Below are positions 26,227 through 36,636 of a DNA stretch of 64,000 nt, in pieces. A model generated the notes under the pieces. The model worked only from the letters and a program-made list of their open reading frames with translations, was not told the origin of the DNA and did not search any database. Location: NCBI GenBank assembly GCA_002688925.1, contig NZEC01000011.1:61695-125694 (forward strand), in the 5' to 3' direction. The stretch's first letter is position 1; the number at the start of each line of letters is the position of its first letter. A program made the position numbers and the translations under genes. Source of the stretch: an archaeon. Its GTDB lineage: Archaea > Nanobdellota > Nanobdellia > Woesearchaeales > GW2011-AR4.

Positions 26227-28884
26227 CTAACTTTTTTTAACCCCAATCTTAGCCATCACATTCTTATGCATCCTCTTCAAGAACTCAATCCTGTCCTCTA
26301 TCTTCAGGATATCAACCATGCCCTGTGCAATCAGGTTAAATGCAAAAGGGCTTGGAATTGTAGTATTTATTTCCTTAATCTTTATTTTCTTTTCTTCTAT
26401 GCCTTTTATCACTTTCTGTGCATTCTCCATGTCCATTAAGTCCTTTAAGACTTCTCTTCTTGCCTCTTTCAATATAGAAAAATCAGGGCTTATTCTTTTT
26501 ACTGCATTTATCAAAATTTGCGACGAAACCTGCTGCCTTCCTACTCTCTTTGTGCGGCCTTTGTAAGTTCTTAAAATCATCAAAGCCCTCATTGCACAAT
26601 GTCTAAATCTTCTTTTCAATATTTCAGATTTTTCTATTGCCAATGCGCATACTTTCTCAAAATCCTTGGATTTTATCAGCTTAAAAGCATGCATTACATT
26701 GATTGCCTTGCCAGAAGCAATGTAAAAGCCATTGTCATTTATCCCAATCTCAACATCCTTGTGCTGCGACCTTGAAATTGCAAATGCCAATGCTCTGCTT
26801 AAGCAGTCATTTACTCGTCTTCCATACAAAGAATGAAATATAACATGCTTGACATTCCTGTCATTTGTGTAATGCTCAACTATTATTCTGCTGTTGCTTG
26901 GAATCTCTGCATAATTGAACTGCTCGTAAAAATAATTATAGATTGAAAGAGCTGCATTCTTGTCAACATAAACATAATCATTGATAAAATCAACAATTTC
27001 CTCTTTGCTTTTCCCTGCGCAAAACTTTTCATTTAACAGCTTTCTAAATCTTCCAATCTCCAAAGCCAGTTCAAAGCTTAAAGGAAGCATTTCTGAAAAC
27101 CATGACGGCACAGTAGGAGGCCTGTTGACAGATGCCTCAACCTGCGCAGTCATTCCCCTGCTGAATTTAAAGCTGTAAGTATTTCCTCCAAGCACAAAAA
27201 CATCTCCTGGCCTTAGCTTTTCCAAAAAAGACTCATCAATAGTTCCAACCACTTGCTCCCTTACCTTAACAATAACAGAAGTTTCATCAGGAATTGTGCC
27301 AATATTTGTCATGTACAAAACCCTTGCCAGTTTTCCTCTCTTCCCAATCATCCCAGTATCTTCATCATGCCATATCTTTGCATAGATATGCCTGTCTTCC
27401 AGGGAAATATATTTTCCACTTAAATATTCCATCACTTCCATAAAATCCTTTTTTTCCAGTTTATGGTAGCAGTAAGAATTTTTTATTAATTTAAACATAT
27501 CATTGATATGGGTCCTTTCCTGGATTGCAATCCCGTAAATTTGCTGCGCTAAAACATCAAGAGCATTAGTAGGGATATGAATATTATCCATCTTCTTCTC
27601 AATTGCGCTTTTCAACAGAACAGCGCATTCAACCAAATCATCCCTGTCCAGAACAATAATTCTTCCTTTAGTGATGTCATGCAATCTGTGGCCAGACCTT
27701 CCGATCCTCTGCAGAGCCCTTGCAACTGATTTTGGGCTGCTTAAGCATATTACCAAATCAATAAACCCAATATCCAGCCCTAACTCCAGGCTTGTGCTGC
27801 ACACAACAACCTTAACCTTACCTGCCCTTAGCCTGTTTTCTAAATTAAGCCTGTGCTCTTTGCTCAAGCTGCCATGATGCGCCCCAATACCTTTGACCTG
27901 TTTTGACTTTAAACCCCCTATAGCACTTTTTGAACCATCATTTTCTGTTTCATCACCATCTTCTATGTAATTCCTGGGAAATTTATCCTTTAGATGATGC
28001 ACAACCCTTTCAGTTGCAGACCTTGTATTTGTAAATATTAAAGTTGTCTTGTGGCTCTGCACTAAAGAATCTATTAAAGAATACATTGAATTATGCATGG
28101 TTCCATGCTCCATATTGATTAGATCAGGAACAGGGCTTAATACCTTTAAGTCAAGCTTTTTTATGAATTGCACATCAACAATCTTGCATGCTCTTTCATT
28201 ATTCCCATCATAGCCAACTAAATAACGAGCTATCTCATCCAAAGGCGCAATAGTAGCGCTTAATCCAACTCTTGTTAAAGCTGTGCTTAGATTTTGCAGC
28301 CTTTCCACGCTTAATGACAGATGCGTTCCTCTCTTATTTTCAGCAAGCGCGTGTATCTCATCAACAATGCACCACTGCACATCCCTCAAATGGTCAATAA
28401 ATTTAAATGATGACAATACAATTGCCAAAGATTCCGGTGTTGTAATTAAAATATGGGGTGGTTTTTTCAGCATCTTTGATTTTTCCGATGCAGGTGTATC
28501 TCCTGTCCTTACTCCAACCCTTATTCCAAATTTCTTTCCTGCAATCTCTTCCATCTCTTTTAACGGTTCCAGTAAATTAATCTTAATGTCAGAACTCAAA
28601 GCCCTTAATGGAGAAATATAAACACAATAAATTTTGTTTTCTAAAATACCCTTTTCAGCATTATCAATCAGCTCATTTAATATAGATAAAAATGCAGTTA
28701 AAGTCTTGCCGCTTCCAGTAGGAGAAGAAATCAAAACATTTTCCCTGCTATGTATTGGCATTACCCCATACTGCTGCGGCACACAAAAAGTCTTAAATTT
28801 TCCTTCAAACCATTTCTTAACAATAGGATTCAAAATATTAAAAATATCTTTCTCATTATTCGGCTTTTCAATAAATTCTACCAT
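26227..28884 (-). CDS. lhr: Lhr-like ATP-dependent DEAD/DEAH-box helicase
   Basis: Walker A SPTGSGKT, DEIH box, SAT, HHGSL, QRIGRSGH, plus the long Lhr-type C-terminal domain. The ORF-track start is TTG; the first ATG is at 28884. Confidence 0.85.
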   Translation of the reverse strand: MVEFIEKPNNEKDIFNILNPIVKKWFEGKFKTFCVPQQYGVMPIHSRENVLISSPTGSGKTLTAFLSILNELIDNAEKGILENKIYCVYISPLRALSSDIKINLLEPLKEMEEIAGKKFGIRVGVRTGDTPASEKSKMLKKPPHILITTPESLAIVLSSFKFIDHLRDVQWCIVDEIHALAENKRGTHLSLSVERLQNLSTALTRVGLSATIAPLDEIARYLVGYDGNNERACKIVDVQFIKKLDLKVLSPVPDLINMEHGTMHNSMYSLIDSLVQSHKTTLIFTNTRSATERVVHHLKDKFPRNYIEDGDETENDGSKSAIGGLKSKQVKGIGAHHGSLSKEHRLNLENRLRAGKVKVVVCSTSLELGLDIGFIDLVICLSSPKSVARALQRIGRSGHRLHDITKGRIIVLDRDDLVECAVLLKSAIEKKMDNIHIPTNALDVLAQQIYGIAIQERTHINDMFKLIKNSYCYHKLEKKDFMEVMEYLSGKYISLEDRHIYAKIWHDEDTGMIGKRGKLARVLYMTNIGTIPDETSVIVKVREQVVGTIDESFLEKLRPGDVFVLGGNTYSFKFSRGMTAQVEASVNRPPTVPSWFSEMLPLSFELALEIGRFRKLLNEKFCAGKSKEEIVDFINDYVYVDKNAALSIYNYFYEQFNYAEIPSNSRIIVEHYTNDRNVKHVIFHSLYGRRVNDCLSRALAFAISRSQHKDVEIGINDNGFYIASGKAINVMHAFKLIKSKDFEKVCALAIEKSEILKRRFRHCAMRALMILRTYKGRTKRVGRQQVSSQILINAVKRISPDFSILKEARREVLKDLMDMENAQKVIKGIEEKKIKIKEINTTIPSPFAFNLIAQGMVDILKIEDRIEFLKRMHKNVMAKIGVKKS

Positions 28885-29136
28885 TTTAATCAAGTCTATT
28901 TAATTATTTTCTATATAGCAAATATATCACCATAAGTTAATTGATAACTAAGAGAAGATAGCTTATCTTATAAAATTTGTGAAACGGGAAATTGTTGTAG
29001 GAGGATGTAATACAAGCAGACGAGTTAGTGATTAGTTCTTAAAAATTGAATATAACATCACTCTGTTTAACGCACCAACCCTCATCTTTTTCAAGCCTTT
29101 GGAACAATTTTCAATCTTTTGAATCAAATCAACAAC

Positions 29137-29144
29137 TTTATAAA
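29137..29144 (+). promoter_or_regulatory. TATA box (TTTATAAA) of thiC
   Basis: Ends 22 nt before the ATG at 29167, which leaves no room for a 5' UTR riboswitch. Confidence 0.6.
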
Positions 29145-29166
29145 TCTCTAAAATGTCCAAACCAGT

Positions 29167-30441
29167 ATGGCAACCCAGTTAAGTTATGCAAGAAATGGAA
29201 TAATAACAAAAGAGATGGAATATGCTGCTTCTATTGAAAATATTAATTCGGAAATATTAAGAAAAGGAATAGAAGAAGGAACAATTATAATTCCTGCAAA
29301 CATCAAGCATGAAAACCTTAAGCCAATAGCAATAGGCAAAGGCATTACAACAAAGATAAATGCAAACATTGGCTCATCAAAAGTCAGGGCATGCATGGAT
29401 GAAGAGCTGGAAAAAACAAGGCTCTGCATGAAACATGGCGCAGATACAGTAATGGATTTAAGCACATCAGGAAATTTAAATGAAATAAGAGAAGCAATAA
29501 TAAGGGAATCAACAATACCAATCGGAACAGTTCCAACTTATCAAGTTGTAAAAGAAAACAATACAATTGACGATTTAAAAGAAGAAGATTTTTTAGATAT
29601 AATTGAGCTGCAGGCAAAGCAGGGCATTGATTTTATGACAATACATGCAGGAGTCCTGCAAAAAACACTTCCACTCCTAAAAACAAGGCTTACCGGAGTT
29701 GTAAGCCGAGGTGGTGCAATCCTAGTCAAATGGATGAAGGCAAACAACAAAGAAAATCCCCTCTATACGCAATTTGACCAAATTTGTGAAATTTTTGAAA
29801 AGTATGATGTCGCGTTCTCATTAGGAGATTCCTTAAGGCCGGGAAGTTTGCATGATGCAACAGACAAAGCCCAAATAGCTGAACTAAAAATATTAGGACA
29901 ATTGACAAAAAGGGCATGGGAAAAAAACTGCCAGGTTATGATAGAAGGCCCTGGCCATATCCCCTTAAATGAAATTAAGCTTAATGTTGAATTAGCCAAA
30001 AAATACTGCCATAATGCCCCATTTTATGTTCTAGGCCCATTGGTAACAGATATTGCACCAGGTTACGACCATATTACAAGCGCTATTGGAGCAGCAACAG
30101 CAGGCATGCATGGAGCAGATTTTTTGTGTTATGTGACTCCTGCAGAGCATTTAGGTCTTCCCACTCCAGAAATGGTTAAGCAAGGCATAATAACCTATAA
30201 GATAGCTGCGCATGCAGCAGATATTGCAAAACACATTCCAAACGCAAGAAAAAGGGATGATGAATTAAGCAAAGCAAGATGTAACTTTGATTGGGAAAAA
30301 CAATTTGCATTATCATTAGACCCGGAAACAGCAAAAAAAATGAGAAGCGATTTAAGCCTTGATGATAATTTTTGCTCTATGTGCGGCCCTGATTTCTGCT
30401 CTATGAGGCTCTATTCAAAAATTAATGGAATGAAAAAATAA
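29167..30441 (+). CDS. thiC: phosphomethylpyrimidine synthase
   Basis: ThiC collinear throughout ([25 protein letters not shown]-terminal [11 protein letters not shown] Fe-S motif). Confidence 0.95.
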   Translation: MATQLSYARNGIITKEMEYAASIENINSEILRKGIEEGTIIIPANIKHENLKPIAIGKGITTKINANIGSSKVRACMDEELEKTRLCMKHGADTVMDLSTSGNLNEIREAIIRESTIPIGTVPTYQVVKENNTIDDLKEEDFLDIIELQAKQGIDFMTIHAGVLQKTLPLLKTRLTGVVSRGGAILVKWMKANNKENPLYTQFDQICEIFEKYDVAFSLGDSLRPGSLHDATDKAQIAELKILGQLTKRAWEKNCQVMIEGPGHIPLNEIKLNVELAKKYCHNAPFYVLGPLVTDIAPGYDHITSAIGAATAGMHGADFLCYVTPAEHLGLPTPEMVKQGIITYKIAAHAADIAKHIPNARKRDDELSKARCNFDWEKQFALSLDPETAKKMRSDLSLDDNFCSMCGPDFCSMRLYSKINGMKK

Positions 30442-30484
30442 TAACAAAAATATTTAAAAACAATTTGATTTTCTTCTATTTATA

Positions 30485-31201
30485 ATGAACCAAAAGCCAT
30501 TGCCAATAAAAGAAAATAAGCTCAAAATAAAAGAAATTATAGACGAAGCTCCAAACGTAAAAACTTTCAGATTAGAAATTCCAGAAGATTTAACTTATTA
30601 TGCCGGCCAGTTCTTCATGGTGTGGTTTGAAGACAATCCTAAACTGCACAGGGCGTACTCAGTCTCTTCCAGCCCCACAAGAAAAGGGGAAATGGAAATA
30701 ACAGTTATTCTGGTAAAAGAATTCACAAGCAAGCTGTTCAAGTGCAAACCCGGAGATTACCTAATCTTCAAGGGCCCTTATGGAAGGTTTTTATTTACAG
30801 ATGACATGAAAAATCATATTGTGCTGATGGGCGGAGGCCTAGGTATAACTCCTTTAATGAGCATAGTAAGGTACTGCCATGATAAAAAATTAGATAACAA
30901 GATAAACCTCATCTATAGCGCAAGGACACCTGATGATATTGTATACAAAGAAGAATTAGACAAAATAAAAAAAGAAAACCCACACTTCCATTATCATATT
31001 ACTATAACAAGACCAGAACCTCATCACAAATGGGATGGCAGTACAGGAAGGATTGACAGGGACTTAGTAGATATGAACATCCGCGATATAGAAAACAGCT
31101 ACTATTATATCTCCGGTCCGATTGAATTTGTGAACAACAAGCTAAAAATCCTCAATCAACTAGGTGCAAAAAAAGAGCACATACATAAAGAAGCTTGGTA
31201 A
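30485..31201 (+). CDS. FAD/NAD(P)-binding oxidoreductase (ferredoxin-NADP reductase / PyrK-like)
   Basis: RAYSVSS flavin motif, GPYG, and GGGLGITPLMS NAD(P) motif. Confidence 0.7.
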   Translation: MNQKPLPIKENKLKIKEIIDEAPNVKTFRLEIPEDLTYYAGQFFMVWFEDNPKLHRAYSVSSSPTRKGEMEITVILVKEFTSKLFKCKPGDYLIFKGPYGRFLFTDDMKNHIVLMGGGLGITPLMSIVRYCHDKKLDNKINLIYSARTPDDIVYKEELDKIKKENPHFHYHITITRPEPHHKWDGSTGRIDRDLVDMNIRDIENSYYYISGPIEFVNNKLKILNQLGAKKEHIHKEAW

Positions 31202-31228
31202 AAAACCCAATTAAAAATAATATCTAAA

Positions 31229-32023
31229 ATGCAATGCCGTTTTATTGATACTGGATTTAACGATGCATATACAAATATGGCAGTAGATGAGGCTTTATTG
31301 AACTGTTGTGAGATTCCAACTTTAAGGATTTATGGATGGAAACCAGCTATCTCTATTGGATACAGCCAAAATATTCAAAAAGAAATTAATTTGGAGGAAT
31401 GCAAAAGATTGAATATTGGTATAGTCAGAAGAATCACCGGAGGAAAAGCAGTTTATCATGACAAGGAATTAACATACAGCTTTATTCTTCCGGAAAACAC
31501 AAATTTACTGCCAAAAGATATCACAGAATCATATAGGCTCATAGCAAATGCATTAGTTTTAGCTATAAAAAAAATTGGAATTAAAGCAGAAATAAAAAAC
31601 CAGGTAGAGAAATTTTTAACACCCATCTGCTTCAATAGCTCTAATTGGTACGAGCTTGCTGTAAACAACAAAAAAATATCAGGCTCTGCCCAAAGAAGAT
31701 TTAATGGAAAAATTCTCCAGCACGGCCCCATCTTAATGGATTTTGACCACGAGAAAAATGCCTTATTATTTAATTCCAACAACGAAATGGATAATTCAAA
31801 TAATTTAAAAAAAAGAATCACATCATTAAAAGATGAATTAAGAAAAAATATCAGTTATGGTGAGCTTGCAGAAGCACTAAAATACGGATTCAAAGAAAAT
31901 TTCAATTTCAATATTTTTGAAGATTCCTTAACAGAGGAAGAAAAAACATTCGCAGAAAGATTAAGGAAAGAAAAATATTCAACAGAGGAATGGAATTATA
32001 GATTGTTAACAAAAACTATATAA
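31229..32023 (+). CDS. lplA: lipoate-protein ligase family protein
   Basis: BPL/LplA/LipB catalytic domain with RRITGGKAVYHD and KISGSAQRR motifs. Confidence 0.8.
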   Translation: MQCRFIDTGFNDAYTNMAVDEALLNCCEIPTLRIYGWKPAISIGYSQNIQKEINLEECKRLNIGIVRRITGGKAVYHDKELTYSFILPENTNLLPKDITESYRLIANALVLAIKKIGIKAEIKNQVEKFLTPICFNSSNWYELAVNNKKISGSAQRRFNGKILQHGPILMDFDHEKNALLFNSNNEMDNSNNLKKRITSLKDELRKNISYGELAEALKYGFKENFNFNIFEDSLTEEEKTFAERLRKEKYSTEEWNYRLLTKTI

Positions 32024-32056
32024 ACAAACATTATTCTCAAATTATTAGGTGGTTCC

Positions 32057-33358
32057 ATGAACAATATGATGGCTTCTATTGAAAAAAATGATCCTAATAT
32101 TCTTAGAGCTATAAAAAATGAGCACAAAAGGCTGAATGATGGCATTGAGCTGATTCCCAGTGAGAATGTTGTCAGTAAAGCTGTACTGCAGGCAATGGCC
32201 TCTATTTTTACAAATAAATATTCTGAAGGCTATCCCCATAAAAGATACTATGGCGGCAATGAATTTGTTGATGATGCGGAGGATTTGGCTATAGAAAGGG
32301 CTAAAAAATTATTTAAAGCACAACATGTTAATGTGCAGCCTTATTCAGGAAGCCCTGCCAACCAGGCTGTTTTCTTTGCTTTGCTGAATTTAGGAGACAC
32401 ATTTATGGGTTTTGATTTAAGCGCTGGTGGTCATCTGACTCATGGCTCAAAAGTAAATTTCTCAGGAAAGCAGTATAACTGCATACCTTACACTGTTGAC
32501 AAGAAAACTGAGCTTTTAGATTATGATGAAATAAAAAAACAGGCATTGAAATCAAAGCCAAAGCTAATCCTTTCTGGGTTGACTGCCTACCCGAGAAAAC
32601 TGGATTTTAAGGCTTTCCAGGAAATTTGTGACAAAGTCAATGCTTACCATATGGCAGATATTGCCCATATAGCCGGTTTGTGCGCTACCGGTGTTCATGA
32701 AAATCCTGTTCCTATATGTGATGTTGCAACAACCACTACCCATAAAATCTTAAGGGGCCCAAGAGGAGGAATGATAATGTGCAAAATTTTAGATAAATTT
32801 GATAAAGATGGCAAGAAAAATCTTGCTCAAAAAATTGATTCTGCAGTTTTTCCAGGCCTCCAAGGTGGTCCTCACGACCATGTAAATGCAGCAAAAGCAG
32901 TTACTTTTGCAGAAGCGTTAAAGCCGGATTACAAGAATTATTGCATACAGATTGTTAAAAACGCCAAGGCATTATCTAATGCATTAATGGACAAGGGTCT
33001 TGAGTTGGTGACAGGAGGCACAGATAATCATCTAATGGTCATTAAATTAATTAACAAAGGTTTGACTGGAAAAGGAAAAGAGGTGCAGAATGCTTTGGAT
33101 GCTGCAGGAATAACAGTAAACAAAAATACCATCCCTTATGAGCCAAGCACTCCATTTAACCCATCGGGCATTAGGCTTGGAACACCAGCAGTCACTACAA
33201 GAGGCTTTAAGGAATCTGAGATGGAATTGATTGGGGAAAGCATAGCAAAAGTGATTGATAATTTAAATGATAAATCTGTTATAGCAAAAGTAAAAAAAGA
33301 TATACTGGAGTTATGCAAAAACTATCCATTGTATCCTGATTTTGATATTTTAAAATGA
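32057..33358 (+). CDS. glyA: serine hydroxymethyltransferase
   Basis: LIPSENVVS, YSEGYPHKRYYGG, and TTTTHKILRGPRGG (PLP lysine). Confidence 0.95.
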   Translation: MNNMMASIEKNDPNILRAIKNEHKRLNDGIELIPSENVVSKAVLQAMASIFTNKYSEGYPHKRYYGGNEFVDDAEDLAIERAKKLFKAQHVNVQPYSGSPANQAVFFALLNLGDTFMGFDLSAGGHLTHGSKVNFSGKQYNCIPYTVDKKTELLDYDEIKKQALKSKPKLILSGLTAYPRKLDFKAFQEICDKVNAYHMADIAHIAGLCATGVHENPVPICDVATTTTHKILRGPRGGMIMCKILDKFDKDGKKNLAQKIDSAVFPGLQGGPHDHVNAAKAVTFAEALKPDYKNYCIQIVKNAKALSNALMDKGLELVTGGTDNHLMVIKLINKGLTGKGKEVQNALDAAGITVNKNTIPYEPSTPFNPSGIRLGTPAVTTRGFKESEMELIGESIAKVIDNLNDKSVIAKVKKDILELCKNYPLYPDFDILK

Positions 33359-34197
33359 CAGCCCAAATAATAGACGGAAAAAAAGTAGCATCTAAAATCC
33401 TGGAAGATGTGGAAAAAAGAGTAAAAACCATAAAAGAAACGCCTGGACTTGCAATAGTTTTAGTAGGAGATAATCCTGCATCTCAAATTTATGTGGGCTT
33501 TAAGGAAAAAAGGTCAAAGGCAATCGGCTTCTATTGTGAAAGATATAATTTGGATAAAAATACAAGCCAGGATGATGTATTAAAGCTTGTTAACGAATTA
33601 AATCAAAATAATAAGATTCATGGAATGATTGTGCAGCTCCCATTACCAGAACATATAGATGAAAATTTAATCATAGATTCTATCCTGCCGCACAAGGATG
33701 CTGATGGTTTTACCCCTGTTAATTTAGGGAATCTGGTAAATGACAATAACATGCTATTGCCTGCAACTGCCCGTGCTTGCCTGGGATTAATAAAATCAAC
33801 AGGCATGGAAATCAAGGGAAAGAATGCAGTCATTGTCGGAAGAAGCAATATTGTTGGAAAGCCAACAGCATTGATGCTATTGCAGGAAAACGCAACATCC
33901 ACAATATGCCACTCAAAGACAAAAAAACTAAAAGAACATACTAAAAATGCAGACATCTTAGTTGTAGCAACCGGAAAAGCAAACTTAATCACAAAAGACA
34001 TGGTAAAAAAAGGAGCGGTTGTAATTGATGTAGGAATCAATAAAGTAAATGGAAAAGTTGTTGGAGATGTAGATTATGAAAATGTTAAGGAAGTAGCAGG
34101 CTTCATAACTCCGGTACCTGGCGGAGTAGGTCCGATGACAATTGCTATGCTATTGGATAATACTTTGAAGGCTATGGAATTGTTTAAGAGGGTTTGA
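33355..34197 (+). CDS. folD: bifunctional methylene-THF dehydrogenase / methenyl-THF cyclohydrolase
   Basis: GDNPASQIYV, VQLPLP, GRSNIVGKP and PVPGGVGPMT motifs. ATGA overlap with glyA. Confidence 0.95.
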   Translation: MTAQIIDGKKVASKILEDVEKRVKTIKETPGLAIVLVGDNPASQIYVGFKEKRSKAIGFYCERYNLDKNTSQDDVLKLVNELNQNNKIHGMIVQLPLPEHIDENLIIDSILPHKDADGFTPVNLGNLVNDNNMLLPATARACLGLIKSTGMEIKGKNAVIVGRSNIVGKPTALMLLQENATSTICHSKTKKLKEHTKNADILVVATGKANLITKDMVKKGAVVIDVGINKVNGKVVGDVDYENVKEVAGFITPVPGGVGPMTIAMLLDNTLKAMELFKRV

Positions 34198-34271
34198 GTT
34201 CTATAAACTAAATTTCTTAAAAAACAAAGATTTATAAACAAAATTCATTTCTGTTTTTTACCGGTGGTTTT

Positions 34272-34883
34272 ATGATTAACATCGGCATTTTAGCATCTAC
34301 AAAAGCAACTGATATGCAGGCTATAATCGATGCTATAGAAGCCAAAAAATTAAACGCTAAGATTTCTGTTGTCATAAGCAATAAGGAAGATTCTTATGCT
34401 TTAGTAAGAGCTAAAAATCATAATATTGATGCAGTATTCATTGATTCTAAAAACAAGGAAAGGGAAGAATTTGACAAAGAAATTAATTCTGTCCTAAAAA
34501 AGAATAATGTTGATTTAATCATTTTAATTGGCTACATGCGCTGGCTTAGCGAATGGTTTGTAAAAGAATGGAAAAATAAAATTATTAATATCCATCCTTC
34601 TTTGCTTCCTGATTTTGCAGGTGGCATGGACAAAGATGTGCATGAAGAAGTCTTAAAAAGCAATGTAAAAACTACAGGCTGCACACTTCATTTTGTGGAT
34701 GAAAGCAAAGATAACGGTCCTATTATACTCCAAAAAGAAGTTAATATTGATGAAAACGAAACAATAGAAACATTAAAAGAAAAAGTCCAGAAAGCAGAGC
34801 AGGAGATAATATTAAGGGGCATTAAACTGTTTGATGAAGGAAAAATTAAGGTTGATGGTGGAAAAGTAAGGATTTTGGAGTAA
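34272..34883 (+). CDS. purN: phosphoribosylglycinamide formyltransferase
   Basis: INIHPSLLP and GCTLHFVDE..DNGPII motifs. Confidence 0.9.
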   Translation: MINIGILASTKATDMQAIIDAIEAKKLNAKISVVISNKEDSYALVRAKNHNIDAVFIDSKNKEREEFDKEINSVLKKNNVDLIILIGYMRWLSEWFVKEWKNKIINIHPSLLPDFAGGMDKDVHEEVLKSNVKTTGCTLHFVDESKDNGPIILQKEVNIDENETIETLKEKVQKAEQEIILRGIKLFDEGKIKVDGGKVRILE

Positions 34884-34886
34884 AAA

Positions 34887-36416
34887 ATGAAAACAGCAGT
34901 AATATCAGTCTATAACAAGGAAGGCATTGTTGATTTTGCCAGGCAGCTTTCTAAATCAGGATATAGAATTCTTTCAACAGGAGGAACAGCCTCATTATTG
35001 AAGAAAAACAACATCAAAGTCACAGAAATATCGAAATTTACAGGCCAGGATGAGATTTTAGATGGAAGAGTTAAGTCACTACATCCTAAAATCTTTGGAG
35101 GAATTCTTGCTGATAAAACCAATAAAGGCCATTTGCAGCAGATAAAAGAGCATGGCATGGAATCAATATCTTTAGTTTGTGTTAATCTATACCCTTTCCT
35201 CGAAACAATGTTGGAAAAATCCTCATTAAAGGAAATACTCGAAAACATAGACATTGGAGGCCCTTCCTTGATAAGGGCAGCTGCTAAAAACTATAGTTCA
35301 GTAGCTGTTATAACAGACCCCTCGGATTATAACAAAGTTATTGATGCAATAAAAAGCAACAAGCTTGACATTAAGCTAAAAGAATACCTTGCTTCAAAAG
35401 CATTTTCCCACACAGCAAAGTATGATGTCATAATAAACAGGTTTTTCTTTGAGCGATTTGAAAAAAATACCTTTCCTGATGTTTATAATTTCACTTTTGA
35501 AAAAGTGCAGGACTTGAGGTATGGTGAAAACCCGCACCAGCAGGCAGCTTTATACAAGCCATATCTGATAAATGAAACAGGAATCACAAATTCCAAACAG
35601 ATCCATGGAAAGCAATTATCCTATAATAACATTTTAGATGGAGATGAAGCCTTAAGCATCATAAAGGATTTTGAAAAGCCAACCGCAGCAGTCATTAAGC
35701 ACACAAACCCAAGTGGTGTGGCATCTGCAGAAAATATACACGAAGCATTTCAAAAAGCCCATGCAGCTGACCCAAAATCAGCCTTTGGCGGCATAGTTGC
35801 GTTAAACAAGACATGCGATAAAAAAACTGCAGAGCTATTAAAGCCATTATTCCTGGAAATTGTTATCTGCCCTAAATTCGAAAAAGATGCCTTAGAAATA
35901 TTGCAGAATAAAAAAAACCTCAGGCTTATGGAAACAGGAAAAATTAACGTTAATTATTCACAGCCTGAAATGAGAAGAGTTTCATCAGGTCTTTTAGTCC
36001 AGACAAGGCAGTTCCCTTCAATATCAGAAAAAGACCTTAAAATAGTTACTAAAAGAAAGCCAACCAAGGAAGAGATAAATGATTTATTGTTTGCTTGGAA
36101 AATAAACAAGCACGTAAAGTCAAATTCCGTTGTTTTTGCAAAAGAAGAAGTTACTGTTGGAATAGGCGCAGGCCAGATGTCAAGAGTTGACGCAATAAGC
36201 CTCATCTCTATAAAGCCTGAAAGCAATACAAAAGATTCTGTTATGAGCTCAGATGCATTTTTCCCATTCAGGGATGGAGTGGATCAAGCAGTTAAAATAG
36301 GAGTAACCGCAATAATCCAGCCTGGAGGTTCTATAAGAGATCAGGAAGTAATTGACGCTGCCAACGAACACGGAATTGCAATGGTTTTTTCAGGCATAAG
36401 ATTGTTTAAGCACTAA
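34887..36416 (+). CDS. purH: bifunctional AICAR transformylase / IMP cyclohydrolase
   Basis: N-terminal MGS-like domain (SVYNKEGIVDFA, STGGTA), VCVNLYPF, and C-terminal AICARFT domain ending in ...LFKH. Confidence 0.95.
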   Translation: MKTAVISVYNKEGIVDFARQLSKSGYRILSTGGTASLLKKNNIKVTEISKFTGQDEILDGRVKSLHPKIFGGILADKTNKGHLQQIKEHGMESISLVCVNLYPFLETMLEKSSLKEILENIDIGGPSLIRAAAKNYSSVAVITDPSDYNKVIDAIKSNKLDIKLKEYLASKAFSHTAKYDVIINRFFFERFEKNTFPDVYNFTFEKVQDLRYGENPHQQAALYKPYLINETGITNSKQIHGKQLSYNNILDGDEALSIIKDFEKPTAAVIKHTNPSGVASAENIHEAFQKAHAADPKSAFGGIVALNKTCDKKTAELLKPLFLEIVICPKFEKDALEILQNKKNLRLMETGKINVNYSQPEMRRVSSGLLVQTRQFPSISEKDLKIVTKRKPTKEEINDLLFAWKINKHVKSNSVVFAKEEVTVGIGAGQMSRVDAISLISIKPESNTKDSVMSSDAFFPFRDGVDQAVKIGVTAIIQPGGSIRDQEVIDAANEHGIAMVFSGIRLFKH

Positions 36417-36426
36417 GAATAATTAG

Positions 36427-36472
36427 GTGCTTGGCGTAATTTGAGAGGCCATCTAAGGCCCCGCCCAAGCAC
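36427..36472 (+). other. GC-rich imperfect hairpin immediately downstream of purH
   Basis: GTGCTTGG(CG)...(CG)C-CCAAGCAC outer stem (8 bp plus 2 bp with a 1-nt bulge) enclosing GGCC-ATCTAA-GGCC. Stands out against the AT-rich intergenic background. Confidence 0.45.
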
Positions 36473-36518
36473 ATGATTGATACAATTTTAAACACAACAT
36501 TCAGCCATAGTAACCGGG

Positions 36519-36525
36519 TTTTTTT
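36519..36525 (+). terminator. oligo-T tract (T7), candidate archaeal terminator for the glyA-purH transcription unit
   Basis: ACCGGGTTTTTTTAATCC about 100 nt after the purH stop. Confidence 0.35.
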
Positions 36526-36538
36526 AATCCTTCATATA

Positions 36539-36589
36539 GTTTATAGCCAAAATAGAGGTTTATGTCCAATGTCGGGGTTTATAGCCAAA
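36539..36589 (+). repeat. three direct repeats GTTTAT(AG/GT)CCAA(A/T) phased every 19 nt, upstream of the rpl10e promoter
   Basis: GTTTATAGCCAAA at 36539 and 36577 (identical) and GTTTATGTCCAAT at 36558. Confidence 0.6.
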
Positions 36590-36606
36590 GCCTCCATTCA
36601 GAAACA

Positions 36607-36614
36607 TTTAAAAA
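36607..36614 (+). promoter_or_regulatory. BRE/TATA promoter (AGAAACA TTTAAAAA) of rpl10e
   Basis: Ends 22 nt before the ATG at 36637. Confidence 0.6.
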
Positions 36615-36636
36615 CAGCATAAAATCCCATCACAAT

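Noticed and set aside
28935-29166. Possible TPP (THI-box) riboswitch upstream of thiC. ACTAAGAGA followed by the hairpin AGATA-GCT-TATCT and a GTAGGAGGA element is vaguely reminiscent of CUGAGA...GUAGGGA.
   Set aside because: The core conserved elements (GGGGUGC P2 strand, ACCCUUUGAACCUGAUC, the P5 hairpin) are absent. The thiC TATA box ends 22 nt before the ATG, implying a leaderless mRNA with no room for a riboswitch.
36562-36636. Upstream in-frame start for rpl10e. Similar alternative-start extensions occur at 37173 (thiS), 52909 (purF), 54570 (pcm), 62617 (MBL), 23311 (cmk), 28893 (lhr), 61534 (MEMO), 14420, 45207 and 3060.
   Set aside because: Most of the extensions begin at TTG or GTG and run through promoter or repeat sequence; the rpl10e one (36562) begins at an upstream ATG. 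Homologous protein sequence starts at the internal ATG (GTG for the surface protein at 45186), and TATA spacing supports the shorter forms.
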